64,000 nt of DNA from Macrostomum lignano. Taxonomy: Eukaryota. A program made the translations under genes and the position numbers. The DNA lies in assembly GCA_002269645.1 (NCBI GenBank), contig NIVC01000630.1, forward strand, positions 186,001-250,000, given 5' to 3'. Every line of letters starts with the position of its first letter. The stretch's first letter is position 1. Below the pieces are notes generated by a model. It was not told the origin of the DNA. It was given only the letters and a program-made list of their open reading frames with translations, and searched no databases. Positions 1-11,757 of this stretch are shown one piece after another.

Positions 1-713
1 GTGCAGTCGCATTAAGTTGGAGCTAAATTGGGAATCCCGGCTTGACTCTGCTCGTGCAATTAACACCGTGAAGTGTACATGCCTAACGATAAATGCCGCT
101 GTACACTCCTGTGTGTGTGTGTGTGTGTGCTTGTGCGTATGACTGCGTAACAGAATGGGGAATGATGTCTCTCGCCAGTTGTGTCCCTCTTCTGCCACTA
201 ATAAAAAATAGCTACAGAAGGCTAGAGCCAAAGGAAAATAGTTGGTGCGTGTTCTATAAAATCTGGTTGTTTTTTAGAATGCATTTGCATCAACTGAGTT
301 TTTTTACATGAAGAAATATCCATTAAATAGGTAGGAAGTGCCTGTAACTTTAGTGGAATTTTCGCTCTGTTGCCAGAATCCAGTATAGTAATTCTCCAGA
401 AGAACGCCACTAGAAGGCAGCTAGTGCCACAGCTTCTGGTAAAGAGACCATGATTTTGTTGTCATGCGGTTGTTATGTCATGTCACAGCTATGAGGGCCA
501 GCCCCCCAAGACACAGAGTGTGTACATGCCTGACGATTAGAAAGTCAGGGCCGCTGTACACCCTGTGTGAGCGCGTGCCTCCGAGTCAGCGGAATGTGCA
601 GAACTGTCATCAACGCTGATGTTGTGGGACGATGTCGCAGAAGTCGTTGCGCCAGGTTGCCCAGAGCCCTTTTACAAATATTTCATTTCATAAATAATTT
701 ATCCTTCCTTCAG

Positions 714-2245
714 GCCTTCAGCAGCCTACTAGCCATTCAAGCCTTTCTTTGCACTCTGCAATTGCTGGAAGCAATGCTGCTGCATCAGAGGCTGGCCAAA
801 TTCTACTCAGTGGTTGGAAGAGTTGTTGGCAAACTTGCTGGGCTAGCTGCGGCCCTCTGCCTGCTGTGCCTCGCCACCTGTCTGTACCTGCTGGCTGCCC
901 TGGCCTCTGAGTTTGGACATGAACGTTGGTACAATTTCGCAACGCTGATGCAGAGCCTGATTGTTACTACACTTCGTAAGTCTGAGCTGGAGTATCTGCA
1001 ACAGTATTTAAGCATGCTAAGCTGCTAATTAGCAACAAGTATACGAAATTGTTAAATTACTGCAGAGCTGCTAAAGTACTCGATCATACTGTTGACTCTA
1101 CAACCATATTCAGCTGTATCCAATCACGATGAGCCTCACTAACAGTTTTTTTCCTAATTTTCTTCTGTGTCAGCCAATCAGAGATAAGCATCGCTGAATA
1201 AGTCATTAATTCTCTCCTATCTGCGTCAGCTAATCAGCGATAAGCATCGCTGGATGAGTCATTCGTTTTCATTTCAAAAATGTACCCTCAGGCGAGGCAA
1301 AGCACGCTCATTGGCGCGATCTTAACCACTGGCCGTTGGCGATCCTGCTATTGGCGGTTTTTGTGACGGCAATTGGCCTTCTTGTCGTACGGTTTCTTAG
1401 CGCCCTCGTCATTCAGTGCTACGCCGAGGAATCGGCGAAGCGTCGAAGTCGAGATGTCAATGATTTTGGCGATGTCGCTGACGAAGCAACGCCGGGACTG
1501 CTGAAGTCGATTTTGTGCTCACCGACTGTGCGGCTGCTGCGATGGCTGGCAACGGTGCTGAACATCGCCAATCCGAGACTCAAGTCTAGGCTGGACTACA
1601 TTCACAGTCACCAAGGTCAGTTTATAGTTTACAGCCAATAAGAGAACACCTAGCGTTCAATGGTTCACTTTTCTAATCCCTACTAACTGGCCCACGCCCG
1701 TTAGCCAATGAGAGAAGGGCCCTATGTTCGATGAGTCATTATTTCTCCTACCCCTGTTAGCCAATAAGAGAAGAGCCCGATGTTCGATGAGTCATTATTT
1801 CTCCTACCCCTGTTAGCCAATAAGAGAAGAGCCCGATGTTCGATGAGTCATTATTTCCCCTACCCCTGTTAGCCAATGAGAGAAGAGCCCGATGTTCGAT
1901 GAGTTACTAAATGTACATGTATTTCTCCTAACTTAAAAAAATTACAACAACTACATGTACGCAGAGAGCAAGGTGAGCTCGAACTTGCACAACATCCGCA
2001 TCGGACTACATCTGATCCAGCTGCGACTCATTAGACTTAGCCGGGTGGATCTTCAACAGCCCGCCTCCGCCGGTTCCGACGGCACCACCGCCACTACACA
2101 GCAGCAACGGCGGCAAAAGGAGCTGCAACAGGCGGCGGAGGAGATGGCCCTGAGCAAGCGCCAGTTCTGCCGAGCTGTCAGGCGAACGGTGTACCAATCT
2201 GATAATCCTCTGGAGTGGCCATTCTTTGAAGAGGAGCAGCTCTGA
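714..2245 (+). CDS. 3' exons of a polycystin-family (PKD1L/PKD2-like) channel protein; 5' exons not resolved
   Basis: Exons 714-975, 1292-1615 and 1965-2245 have GT-AG junctions in consistent phase (0/1/1). The product reads AFSSLLAIQAFLCTLQLLEAMLLHQRLAKFYSVVGRVVGKLAG...FGHERWYNFATLMQSLIVTTLR...WPLAILLLAVF...RFLSALVIQCYAEE, which resembles the S4-S5-pore-S6 region of polycystins. Family call is from motif recall, not a search. Confidence 0.6.
1697..1905. repeat. 56-bp tandem repeat, about 4 copies, in the polycystin intron
   Basis: Unit cccctgttagccaataagagaagagcccgatgttcgatgagtcattatttctccta starts at 1751, 1807 and 1863. Confidence 0.9.
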
Positions 2246-3390
2246 AAAGGGCACTGTTAGATTAGACGGGGACAAGATGTAATTTTAAAAGACTGGCTAT
2301 TTTTAGAACAAATTTAAGGAACGCTGTTACATAACACTCATCTCGGTTCCTATGTACGACTCACCTCGTACGTAGTTTCTTTTGACGCTTCTATTTAATG
2401 CTATTGATTTTCATTTCTTGTCAAATGAGGGTACGAATTCGTAGCTTAAGTAAAGTTCACACTGAACTTTTTTGGAACGCGAAAAGTTTTCACCGATTAA
2501 TTTTGGAAATATTGTTCACGTCAAAGCACTTTTGATAGACAAAAAAGCTATAAAATTCGCCTTCATTTTTTTGTTACAGTGCAACCTTTTCAAAGTTGTA
2601 GAACTATAAGCTAAGACTTCTTCTTTCAAACTTAAAAGTTTTGATTTTTTATAGCTGCTTTGAATAACTTTGCAAGAGCCGCCAATACTCCTAAAGGTGA
2701 CACGATCCTGACGCTCCTGTATGATAGTGATGGTATTTCTGACCCTCTTGACACTCCTGAAACATCCTGACACGCCTGACAAATGAGGAAACATATCCTG
2801 ACACTCCTGACAATCACGAAAAAATTGACACTATAAGGCCTTTAGCTTCACAATTTTAGCACAAGTGGTTTTAGCACCAGAGAATAAAGTGGTAATATAC
2901 GCTAGTACAATATGCGAGACATGTTCTAACTTCTAACTTCTATATAATTATATGTTACACGCATATGTGTACTTATTTTGCTGATTTCTTTAGCTTCTCA
3001 ATTTGTTAACAGTAATTACTGTTTAAACAGTTTTTCAGATAAAGAATCAATGGAATTGGGTCTGCAGGGGGATTTGATCAGCGTGCATATACATGATATT
3101 AAGTGCAGAATTCGAATTCACGCACTCCAGTCCTAAATCTCCAGCACAATTCTTTGCGTTCAAACATATATATATTCAGCAGATACAACTACAACTCTCT
3201 CAGTCTGCCACGGGGTCCTTTAAATATCAGGGGGGGGGGATAGAAAATCGTTAGCGATCGCGGTCTGTAGGTTTTGTCGTTTAGGTTTACTTCATGTACA
3301 TGAACATATATGTTCGCACGATCTTCAGACAACAGATCAGGTACATGAGGATTTAATGTTGACGTTAAACTAGTGAAGCTGCCACCATAC

Positions 3391-6331
3391 TGTAGCATGC
3401 GCTGGCAGGCAGTTCGGGTACCTAGTTTGCACTCCGTGACCCCCACCCAGCCTATCCACTTCCCTCTGCTCGAGCACATCCCAACGCGCACTCAACGAAC
3501 CGGAAATCTGTGTTCTACCAGACAATAAATATACAGGCACAGCCACATTCTATTTCTTCACCTTTTTGAGTGGCTAACTAACACTCGCAACAACCAGCTA
3601 GAGTTGCTCGCTACATTGGCGTCGCAAGCAGGATCCAATGGCGCTACTACAGCTACAGCCGCCATCCGCATTCAGCATTAGCGCGGACCCCCACACCGTC
3701 AGCAAGCGCTGGACAGAGTGGGCCACCACACTAAAGCGATTCTTGGCAGCATCAGGAATCTCGGACGACGCCCAGAAGCAGGAAATCCTCCTGTATACCG
3801 CGGGAAAAGAGGTTGCAGACATCTTTAAAGAGATCTCACAGACGCGTCCCGCCACTGACCAGCCGGAGCAGCAAACGCTTGACTCACTCATAGCGGCGCT
3901 AACTCAGCACTTTCAAGGACGCGACAATGTGGTGTTCACCCGGTACCAATTCCGCCAGTGCACGCAGCTAGACGGCGAAGGTATCGACAGCTGGTACAAC
4001 CGACTGTGCAACGCGGCTGAGGCCTGCCAGTTCGGAGAGCTGCGCCAGTCCCTCATCCGCGACCAGATCGTCGCCTGCTGCCGCAGTGAATCCCTCCGAA
4101 AGCGGCTGCTCAACGTGCCCAACATCAGCCTCCCCGAGGCCCTCCAGCTGGCGAGAACAAACGAAGCAGCCAGCCAGCAAGCGGCAATCATGGAGCGCTC
4201 GGCAGCCGGACCAGCTGAAGAAGTGCATGCGGCTCGCGACAAGCGCCCCACCAGGCGCCCGCCAGCCAGCCCGGCCGACAAATGCCTGCGGTGCGGAGAG
4301 CCCGGCCACCGCACTTGCAACCGGGCCCAAGGCAAGCGCTGCAGCAACTGCGGCAAGCTGCACCACCTGGCGAAGGCCTGCCTAAGCGGCCGCGCACGCA
4401 TCAACATGGCAGAGCCTGAGCCAGAGGAACCAGCAGCGGCGCACCTGGCGGAGGCGGTATTCTCCAACCTCGATCCCAGCCGCACAAGCGCCACCTTCAA
4501 AGCGGTCATCAACGGCGCGAACGTACCCGTCCTGATCGACAGCGGTGCGAGCTGCAACGTGCTCAGCCAGCGGACCCTTCATCTAACGGGAGCACCCGAG
4601 CGGGCGCTTCAGCCCACGCACACGAGGGTCTATCCTCTCGGAGCAGCGAGGCCCCTGACACCCGCTGGCCAGATCACTCTGCACACGAAGATCAACGGCA
4701 ACTCGGAGAGAGTGCGCTTCATCGTCATCAGAGAGGACTGCATCACCATCCTAGGCCGCGAGACAAGCACGCAGATGGGGATGCTGAGGGTCGGACCGCA
4801 GGCCGAGACAGCTCTCACCGCCGGACTGACACCAACGGTTAACGACCTGCACCTTCCGCAAGACTTGCGACTGTCATCGATCATGAAGGAGTTCAGCGAC
4901 AGGTTTCAAGGAATCGGCTGCATCAAGGGCGTCTCAGTCAGCATCCAGCTGAGGGAAGAAGCGGTGCCAGTCTGCCACCCTCCGTCTCGAGTTCCAGTGC
5001 ATCTTCGAACCGCCGTGGAAAAGGAGCTGAAGGGCCAGCTAGCAGCCGGCATCCTGGAGCGAGTGACGGGGCCCAGCGCTTGGAGTTCACGCATGGTGGT
5101 CGTTCCAAAGGCCTCGCCAGGCGAAATCCGCATCACGCAGGACCTGAGGGACGTCAATAAGTACGTCATTCCAGAAAAGCAGCCAATACCGACATTCGAA
5201 GAAGTCACCGACAACGGCCCGCCATTCTCGTCCGCAGAATTCAACGCCTTCCTGCGCAGCCAGGGCGTCCACCACCATCGGACTACGCCGCTGCATCCCC
5301 AAGCCAACGGACTCGTAGAGCGATGCAACCGAGGCCTCAATAAGGCAATCAGAGCGGCGATTCTGGAAGGCAGCGACTGGCAGGCGGCACTGGACGACTA
5401 CCTGGCTGCATACCGGCGAACACCGCACGCAGCAACCGGCATGGCCCCAGCCGACCTGCTATTCGGTCGACAGCTCAACGACACGATCCCCAGCTTGCTC
5501 CACTCCCGGCCGGTTGACGCCAGGCGACAGACCGTCCGCGACCACGACTCCAGGGCGAAGGAGCGGATGAAGGCCTTCGCCGACAGCAAGAGGGGCGCCA
5601 CAGACCACCAGATCACCGTAGGCGACCTCGTACTTCGCCGGCTCACCAACCGCAGCAAGACCGACCCCTTCTTCGAGGCCTCGCCATGGACCGTGACAGA
5701 AGTCCCCGGAAACACCCTGCAGCTCCAACGGGCCGGCCAGAGGTGCTCCAGGCACGCCAGCCACGTCAAGCGAGTCTCCCAGGCAGCCGACGAGTGGCCG
5801 GGTGACCCCGGAGAACGCGACAGCGGACAGGACAGCCGGCCGGATGAACCAACCGGCCCGTCCGAGCCAACCGGCAACCAGGACGTCCCTCTCGCCAACA
5901 GGCCGCACCCCCGACAGGCCAAGGAGACGCCGAAACGCTACGAAGAGGGCGACCGGCGAAAGGCTCTGGACATCTGACAGCTGGCGGAACAGCAGCAAGG
6001 ACTGATCATTGACTCTAATGACTGATACTGATTGCTCGATCGCACGTAACATGAACCCAACGTTGTACCCAACCCCACCCCGGGTTCCAATCCACCAGAC
6101 GAGGGATGTAGCATGCGCTGGCAGGCAGTTCGGGTACCTAGTTTGCACTCCGTGACCCCCACCCAGCCTATCCACTTCCCTCTGCTCGAGCACATCCCAA
6201 CGCGCACTCAACGAACCGGAAATCTGTGTTCTACCAGACAATAAATATACAGGCACAGCCACATTCTATTTCTTCACCTTTTTGAGTGGCTAACTAACAC
6301 TCGCAACAACCAGCTAGAGTTGCTCGCTACA
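3391..6331 (+). mobile_element. Ty3/Gypsy LTR retrotransposon, internally deleted, recently inserted
   Basis: 225-bp LTRs at 3391-3615 and 6107-6331 (TG...CA, identical by eye). 5-bp TSD catac at 3386-3390 and 6332-6336. PBS tggcgtcgcaagcaggat at 3617-3634. Purine tract agacgaggga at 6097-6106. Confidence 0.97.
3638..5977 (+). CDS. Gag-protease-truncated RT fused in frame to the integrase C-terminal half (779 aa)
   Basis: Gag with zinc knuckle CSNCGKLHHLAKAC, protease motif LIDSGAS, RT N-terminus (SAWSSRMVVVPK...QDLRDVNK...PIPTFEEVT), then directly integrase DNGPPF...PQANGLVERCNR. No YxDD, RNase H or HHCC motif. Confidence 0.93.
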   Translation: MALLQLQPPSAFSISADPHTVSKRWTEWATTLKRFLAASGISDDAQKQEILLYTAGKEVADIFKEISQTRPATDQPEQQTLDSLIAALTQHFQGRDNVVFTRYQFRQCTQLDGEGIDSWYNRLCNAAEACQFGELRQSLIRDQIVACCRSESLRKRLLNVPNISLPEALQLARTNEAASQQAAIMERSAAGPAEEVHAARDKRPTRRPPASPADKCLRCGEPGHRTCNRAQGKRCSNCGKLHHLAKACLSGRARINMAEPEPEEPAAAHLAEAVFSNLDPSRTSATFKAVINGANVPVLIDSGASCNVLSQRTLHLTGAPERALQPTHTRVYPLGAARPLTPAGQITLHTKINGNSERVRFIVIREDCITILGRETSTQMGMLRVGPQAETALTAGLTPTVNDLHLPQDLRLSSIMKEFSDRFQGIGCIKGVSVSIQLREEAVPVCHPPSRVPVHLRTAVEKELKGQLAAGILERVTGPSAWSSRMVVVPKASPGEIRITQDLRDVNKYVIPEKQPIPTFEEVTDNGPPFSSAEFNAFLRSQGVHHHRTTPLHPQANGLVERCNRGLNKAIRAAILEGSDWQAALDDYLAAYRRTPHAATGMAPADLLFGRQLNDTIPSLLHSRPVDARRQTVRDHDSRAKERMKAFADSKRGATDHQITVGDLVLRRLTNRSKTDPFFEASPWTVTEVPGNTLQLQRAGQRCSRHASHVKRVSQAADEWPGDPGERDSGQDSRPDEPTGPSEPTGNQDVPLANRPHPRQAKETPKRYEEGDRRKALDI

Positions 6332-7902
6332 CATACGTACTATCGTATATTTACCGTATACATGTAAATGCACGGACCAGAATTTCTTTGAGCCAGATAT
6401 ATACATGTATACGGAGTTACATGTATGACGGAGAGTTGAGGTCAATAAGTTTTAAACTGCTGTTGCCTGCCGTGTAAAGAACATTAAGACAAACTATAGT
6501 CCGGGTGCTTACAGTAATTCACAAGGTCGAATTTAACTGTCCTTCAAGCGTCGAAAACAAGGGCCAGACTTCATGGGGCCGATCAAATAACGAAATTCTT
6601 AACGCCAAAACTTCACGTACTGCATGATTTTTGTTTAAGCTTTCGACGTTTGTCAAATTCCGCGAGCTTGTGTGAAATTTCGACCTTGAAGTTGCGACCT
6701 TGTGCAGTGAAATGGCTGCTACAGTTGAGTTGTCGATGTTCTAAAATTTTGAACTTATGTTATGAAGGTGCTTTCGACGTTGTAAAATTCCGACCTTGTG
6801 ACCCCCCCCCCATAGTCATGGTCTGTTGATGGAACCATATTTTAATGATTGCTATCATTAGATTGGATTATTTTCGACTTCGAGACATCTTCTGCATGAT
6901 TAAGTGTTTCAGTGACAATAAAAAAAACAGTGCATAGTTTTCAAGTAGTTATTTCACACAACAATATTATATTATAATATTATAACAGTATTAGTTAATG
7001 CATTTAAATAGCTTTTCTTAATAATTAGTTTGTTTTATCTAATTATTTTGCTTTTCAAATGTGATTTCCAAGAAGCATTTGTTTGTGACGAATTTAATCT
7101 GGCAGTCCTTGGCAGAACAAGACCGAACAAGACCGAAGAAAAATGCAAGTATAGCGCAGTCCAATATTCAATTGAATTGATATCTTTTGCTTGCTTAGTT
7201 GGCCAAGTTTTTTTATTTGTTTTTGAGTAGCGACGAAAAACGAACAGTTAATATAAAACGATAGATGATACAGCGAATTGTAATTGGCTGAGAGTTACGA
7301 TGGGCGCTGGGCAAATTATTGATTTGTTAAAAATTCATCACTTGCTGACATATAAAAACCGATTCAATGAATGTACTCGTACACAGAATTCATACAAAAT
7401 ATGATACACTCACGTAGTAGTCTACTGATAGTAAAAACGATAGTAAAACAATGAAGTTTTCCACAAGTTCCCCGTCACATGTTTATTCCTCTGAAGACGC
7501 CGTTATAGACGTTATAAGACGCGCGACTGTCCAAATTAATTTCAAGCGATATTTTTTATAAATATATAATGTATATAATATAAATAATATAAATAATATA
7601 TATTTAAATATTTATTTATTTTTCACAAGATGCCCTACCAATAAAGTTGCTTCCTTTTTTGTTTGCAGACTTTTGAAATATTATGTAGTTGTCATAAAAT
7701 TTGTTGACATTGTTGAGAAGTTTATCGTTACTTTTTGTGTCAATTATCCAAGGATCAAGGTTCTTGGAGACAGAAAATATCATGCTTAAAAGTTGACTTA
7801 GCTTCTAACAATTCAAGTTTGGAAATCATCACAGAATATTTTATGGTATAAAGTCCTGTAATGGTTGTTCCTGATGGAGTTATTTCGTTGCAGTTATTTC
7901 GC

Positions 7903-8401
7903 AAAGGCAGTGCTTATCCCCACGGTACCGTAGGAATAATTTCTGTCTTATTCCAACGGTACCGTGGGGATAATTTTCTGCTTATCCGCACGGCACACTG
8001 ACGAGATAGCTGCCCATCTTCTACATATGCCGTGGGTTCATAATTTAGTTTAGTACTTACGGTTTGAGTGCAATATAACAACATAACTTTGCTTGGCTAT
8101 TATTTTGATAGAAGTAAAGATTTAATGGCCTTTTAACGCAAAAAAAACACTTTTTTGTACTTATGACGTATGATTTAAGATGAATTGCTCTAGTAATTGT
8201 TTACAATTTAAGAACTTTATTGCATTGCTTCAACAATTCACCCGTGCGGATAAGCAGAAAATTATTCCCACGGCATATGTAGAAGATGGGGCAGCTATCT
8301 CGTCAATGTGCCGTGCGGATAAGCAGAAAATTATCCCCACGGTACCGTTGGAATAAGACAGAAATTATTCCTACGGTACCGTGGGGATAAGCACTGCCTT
8401 T
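7903..8401. mobile_element. MITE/foldback element with about 134-bp terminal inverted repeats
   Basis: 7903-8036 is the reverse complement of 8267-8401, with one mismatch and one indel seen. The TIRs contain acggtaccgt palindromes. No clear TSD. Confidence 0.8.
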
Positions 8402-8736
8402 CGGGCATTTCGCAAAGGCAACAATGCAGTTATTTCGTCTGCCAACAAAATATGAAATACAACGTCAGTATTCATGTGTATAATACTAAAAGGAAATATC
8501 TGGATCTGGATTGTATATCTTAAAAATACTTAAAGTAAAGATAACATAGGCCTACTCATTTTTAAAAACCCAGATCCTATTTTAAATGTTGACTGACTTA
8601 TATACTAAATATTTGTTTATTACAAATAAACTTTGCAATAGGACAGCAAATGCATTATCATCATTAGCCAAAATAACACATGGGTAACAAATGTACAAAA
8701 TAAACTAAAAAATATTGATCTTGAGACACTATACAA

Positions 8737-8790
8737 CAGGGGTTGGCAACCTCCAGCCTGCAAAGACTTTCTATGCGGCCCGCGAACTTC
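8737..8790 (+). mobile_element. Isolated hAT-like transposon terminus
   Basis: caggggttggcaacc followed by cggcccgcg is typical of hAT ends. No partner end found. Confidence 0.4.
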
Positions 8791-8989
8791 CTTAATCCTT
8801 AATTAATCCTTCCTTAATTATTATAATCTGGTCCACAAAGAGTCTAGAGTTTATAAACTCTAAAAGATGGATAGCACATCAATTCAAACTTTTGAATAGA
8901 ATAGGCCTAGAAATAAGAGAACTGGCAGCAAAGGAAAGTGAGGTGGTGGTGGGCCAACAATGGGAGTAGGCCTACAAATGTGTAATTTA

Positions 8990-9235
8990 GTAAAGACCCA
9001 AAAGTGGATTCTAGAGGGTAAAGACCTAAGGGGCTGATTCTAAAAGGTAAAAAACCAGGGGAAAGGCAGATTCTGGAGGGTGAAGACCCAGAGGGCAGAT
9101 TCTAGAGGGTAAAGACCAAGTGGGGCAAATACTGGAAGGTAAAGACCCAGTAAGGCAGATACTAGAAGGTAAAGACCCAGGGGGCTGATTCTTAATAGTA
9201 AAAATGGAGGGCAGATTTTGGAAGATAAAGAAAGA
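8990..9235. repeat. Degenerate minisatellite of about 27 bp
   Basis: Recurring aaagaccc...gcagattctagagggt units. Confidence 0.6.
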
Positions 9236-10448
9236 TCTATTAGATAGGCCTAAGTTAAGTTAATTTATCATAGTTAACTTACTAGAATTTAGTAAGTTGG
9301 TATCAATCTCAAAACAGCATGTCAATTTGGCATTTGGGTTCTAAATCCAAGATGCCTAAATGAAAGTCAGGATACCATGGCATCCATATACTATAAAAAC
9401 ATTTAGAATCCAAATGTACATTTGTAAATGGCAACAAAGCTATTTGTTTAGCTTTATAATTTTGGCTTCTTTTTCTGCTGCTTCTGCTTCTAAGAAATTA
9501 ACAAGTTGTTAAGATAATAGCTTGTAACCTACTTGGAGCTCAGTAACAGCAGCTTCAATTATTGAAACAGATTTAGCTCATCCTTGCGTTGCATTCCCTT
9601 GTATCCTAAATTTTACTTACTTACGTTTTACCTATGCATTTAACTCTGTAGACAGGTCTTCCATTAAGATGTTTTATCCTAAACTTTGTTTCTTATTCAA
9701 GGACTTCATTGGAGTGCTATTGCTATTAGATCCATTAGATCCAAATAGTAGGATCTCCTAGTATCTTTAGTATGCTCCTTGTTAGACATAGAAGTCTTTG
9801 TTTAATCTAGCCAAAGGAGCAGAGGCACAAATTCTTTCAATACTTGGAAAGATGTAAGCATTGAGACTAACTTAGTTAGAGATTAGACTATCATTTTTAT
9901 GCACTTGCATAATTTCTAATTGGTTATATTTGCCTTGGTAAATATCACTATTATTAGTCTTATTGAGTCTCTATTCTAGAGCAATCTCTGTTTTGAAGGT
10001 TCATGCAATGAATTGAGTCTTCACAAATAAGGCTTTATTTTTGGCTATTAGCCAAAGAAGCAAAACAAAGCACACTCTTCCTAGAGAGACCAATAATTTT
10101 ATAATTTAATCAACAAATTAATTTTTCTAAATAAATAGGGTGGGTACTGCTAACCATATTACAAATGGGGGATGGGGCTAAAACATGTATACAAAAAATA
10201 ATGGTATGATGAACAGTACAGGTAGGTGAATCAATACAAATACATCTAAATGAAGCCCTCTCCTAAACAGTCTTAATAGCTCTAACTGTAGTACTAAAGT
10301 TAAATATATCTAGCTCTTATAAACTTAAGGTGGTCTCAAATATTTAGATAGAAATAAAAATCAAGTAATAAAATGCTTTTATTGTCATACTTATAGTTGA
10401 AGAATTCTTTGTTTTTATTAAAATATATATTGATTTATATTTATCTGA

Positions 10449-10830
10449 TAACAACAACAACAACAAAGTACGTGGCCCTGCAAGCAAAAGGTCATAGTTA
10501 GAGCAGAACATGTCAGATGGCGTGCCACAGAGCCTGGGAGCAAACAAAGTCTATTCTGTTGGCAGTGTCAGGTGCCCCAGCATCACACAGTAGGCAGTCT
10601 GTACATTGACAAGTTTGGGCCTGACCCTGCTTGAACGGACCCTGCAAGTTGAGCAGCAGGACGTCCTGAACAGGTTGGGGGCAGTAGCTCTTGGCCTGGA
10701 TCACATGGCCTGCCAGTTGAAGTTGCCGCCAGTGCAGGATGGTGGATGGGTGTTGCAGCTTGGCCCAATTGCACAGGGCTTTGGTCCCAATGCTCTTGTC
10801 CAGTTCAGTTGCTGCTCTAGTGTAGCCCCC
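10449..10830 (-). mobile_element. 5'-truncated, degraded RTE-clade LINE 3' end
   Basis: Minus strand translates ...HWRQLQLAGHVIQAKSYCPQPVQDVLLLNLQGPFKQGQ..., the RTE C-terminal R-x-x-L-A-G-H-V pattern, and ends in a (TTG)n tail at about 10449-10463. Confidence 0.65.
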
Positions 10831-11115
10831 TAATTATCCCACATATAAGTTAGACTGCTATTATTAAAAATATAAATCCATTTTAAAAGAATCCTGAACT
10901 AATTTTAATAAGTTAAGGCTTTTTTGAAATCATAAAATAATGGTAAGCGCTTTCTATATTAGATTTGTGAAAATTCATAATTTTGACATTTAAAAACCTT
11001 AATAAAGTCTACTTGCCTTTATGATTTGCAAATTATTGTCAGTTTTTTCAGACTTTTCTGACTAGTCAAGGTCTAAAATTGCATATAGCATAGTGGCGGG
11101 ACTGATAGTGGCAAT

Positions 11116-11419
11116 CATACATGCGCAACAGTCGGCCGAGTCGGCCGATCCGGCCGACCGATTTGGCAGCCAATCAAGGAAGTCGCAAAAATACCCACCC
11201 AAATCCCAAAAAAACCTAAGTAGTATTACTAAGTAGCTGACGAGCCATTTTGCCCTAATAAGACAGTTATAGTTACTCCTGCCGTTTACCCAAAGTTGCG
11301 TTAATTTTGCTTTACAGTTTTTATTACATGTAAGTCGCATTTTTGGCCAAAAACTACGTCGCATTTTTGTTAAAACTAAGTCGCATGGACAACCGAATTT
11401 TGGAGGTTGCGCATGTATG
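11116..11419. mobile_element. hAT-type MITE (304 bp)
   Basis: 14-bp TIRs catacatgcgcaac / gttgcgcatgtatg. Perfect 8-bp TSD gtggcaat at 11108-11115 and 11420-11427. Confidence 0.9.
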
Positions 11420-11757
11420 GTGGCAATGGTGAATCTGTTGTAGTGTGTATAGGTTAAGACAATATTTGCAATTAATTCTAGGCCTCATTGTGTATTATGG
11501 TTTCTAGGAATTTCATGTACTTGATTGACAATGTGTTTGTTCAACTTCAACTTCACAATTGGCCTTCTTTAATGTACTTTAAGAGTGATTTTTATTACTA
11601 GCTGATTAGAACATCATCCTATTTTGAAATATTTTTGTTGTTTATTATACCAATCAATCATTGGCTTTACAGTAGTATAATTATATTTTATGTTGAGATT
11701 CAAGCAAGAAGCTGCAATTTTCCATAATTAATAACTTAAATTAAAAGTCAAGTCAAC

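Noticed and set aside
72-570. Two similar gtgtaca...tgtacac hairpin motifs (about 72-117 and about 519-562)
   Set aside because: Too short and degenerate to assign as element ends.
3913-6262. Long antisense and alternative-frame ORFs over the Gypsy element
   Set aside because: Shadow ORFs of a GC-rich coding sequence with no recognisable motifs.
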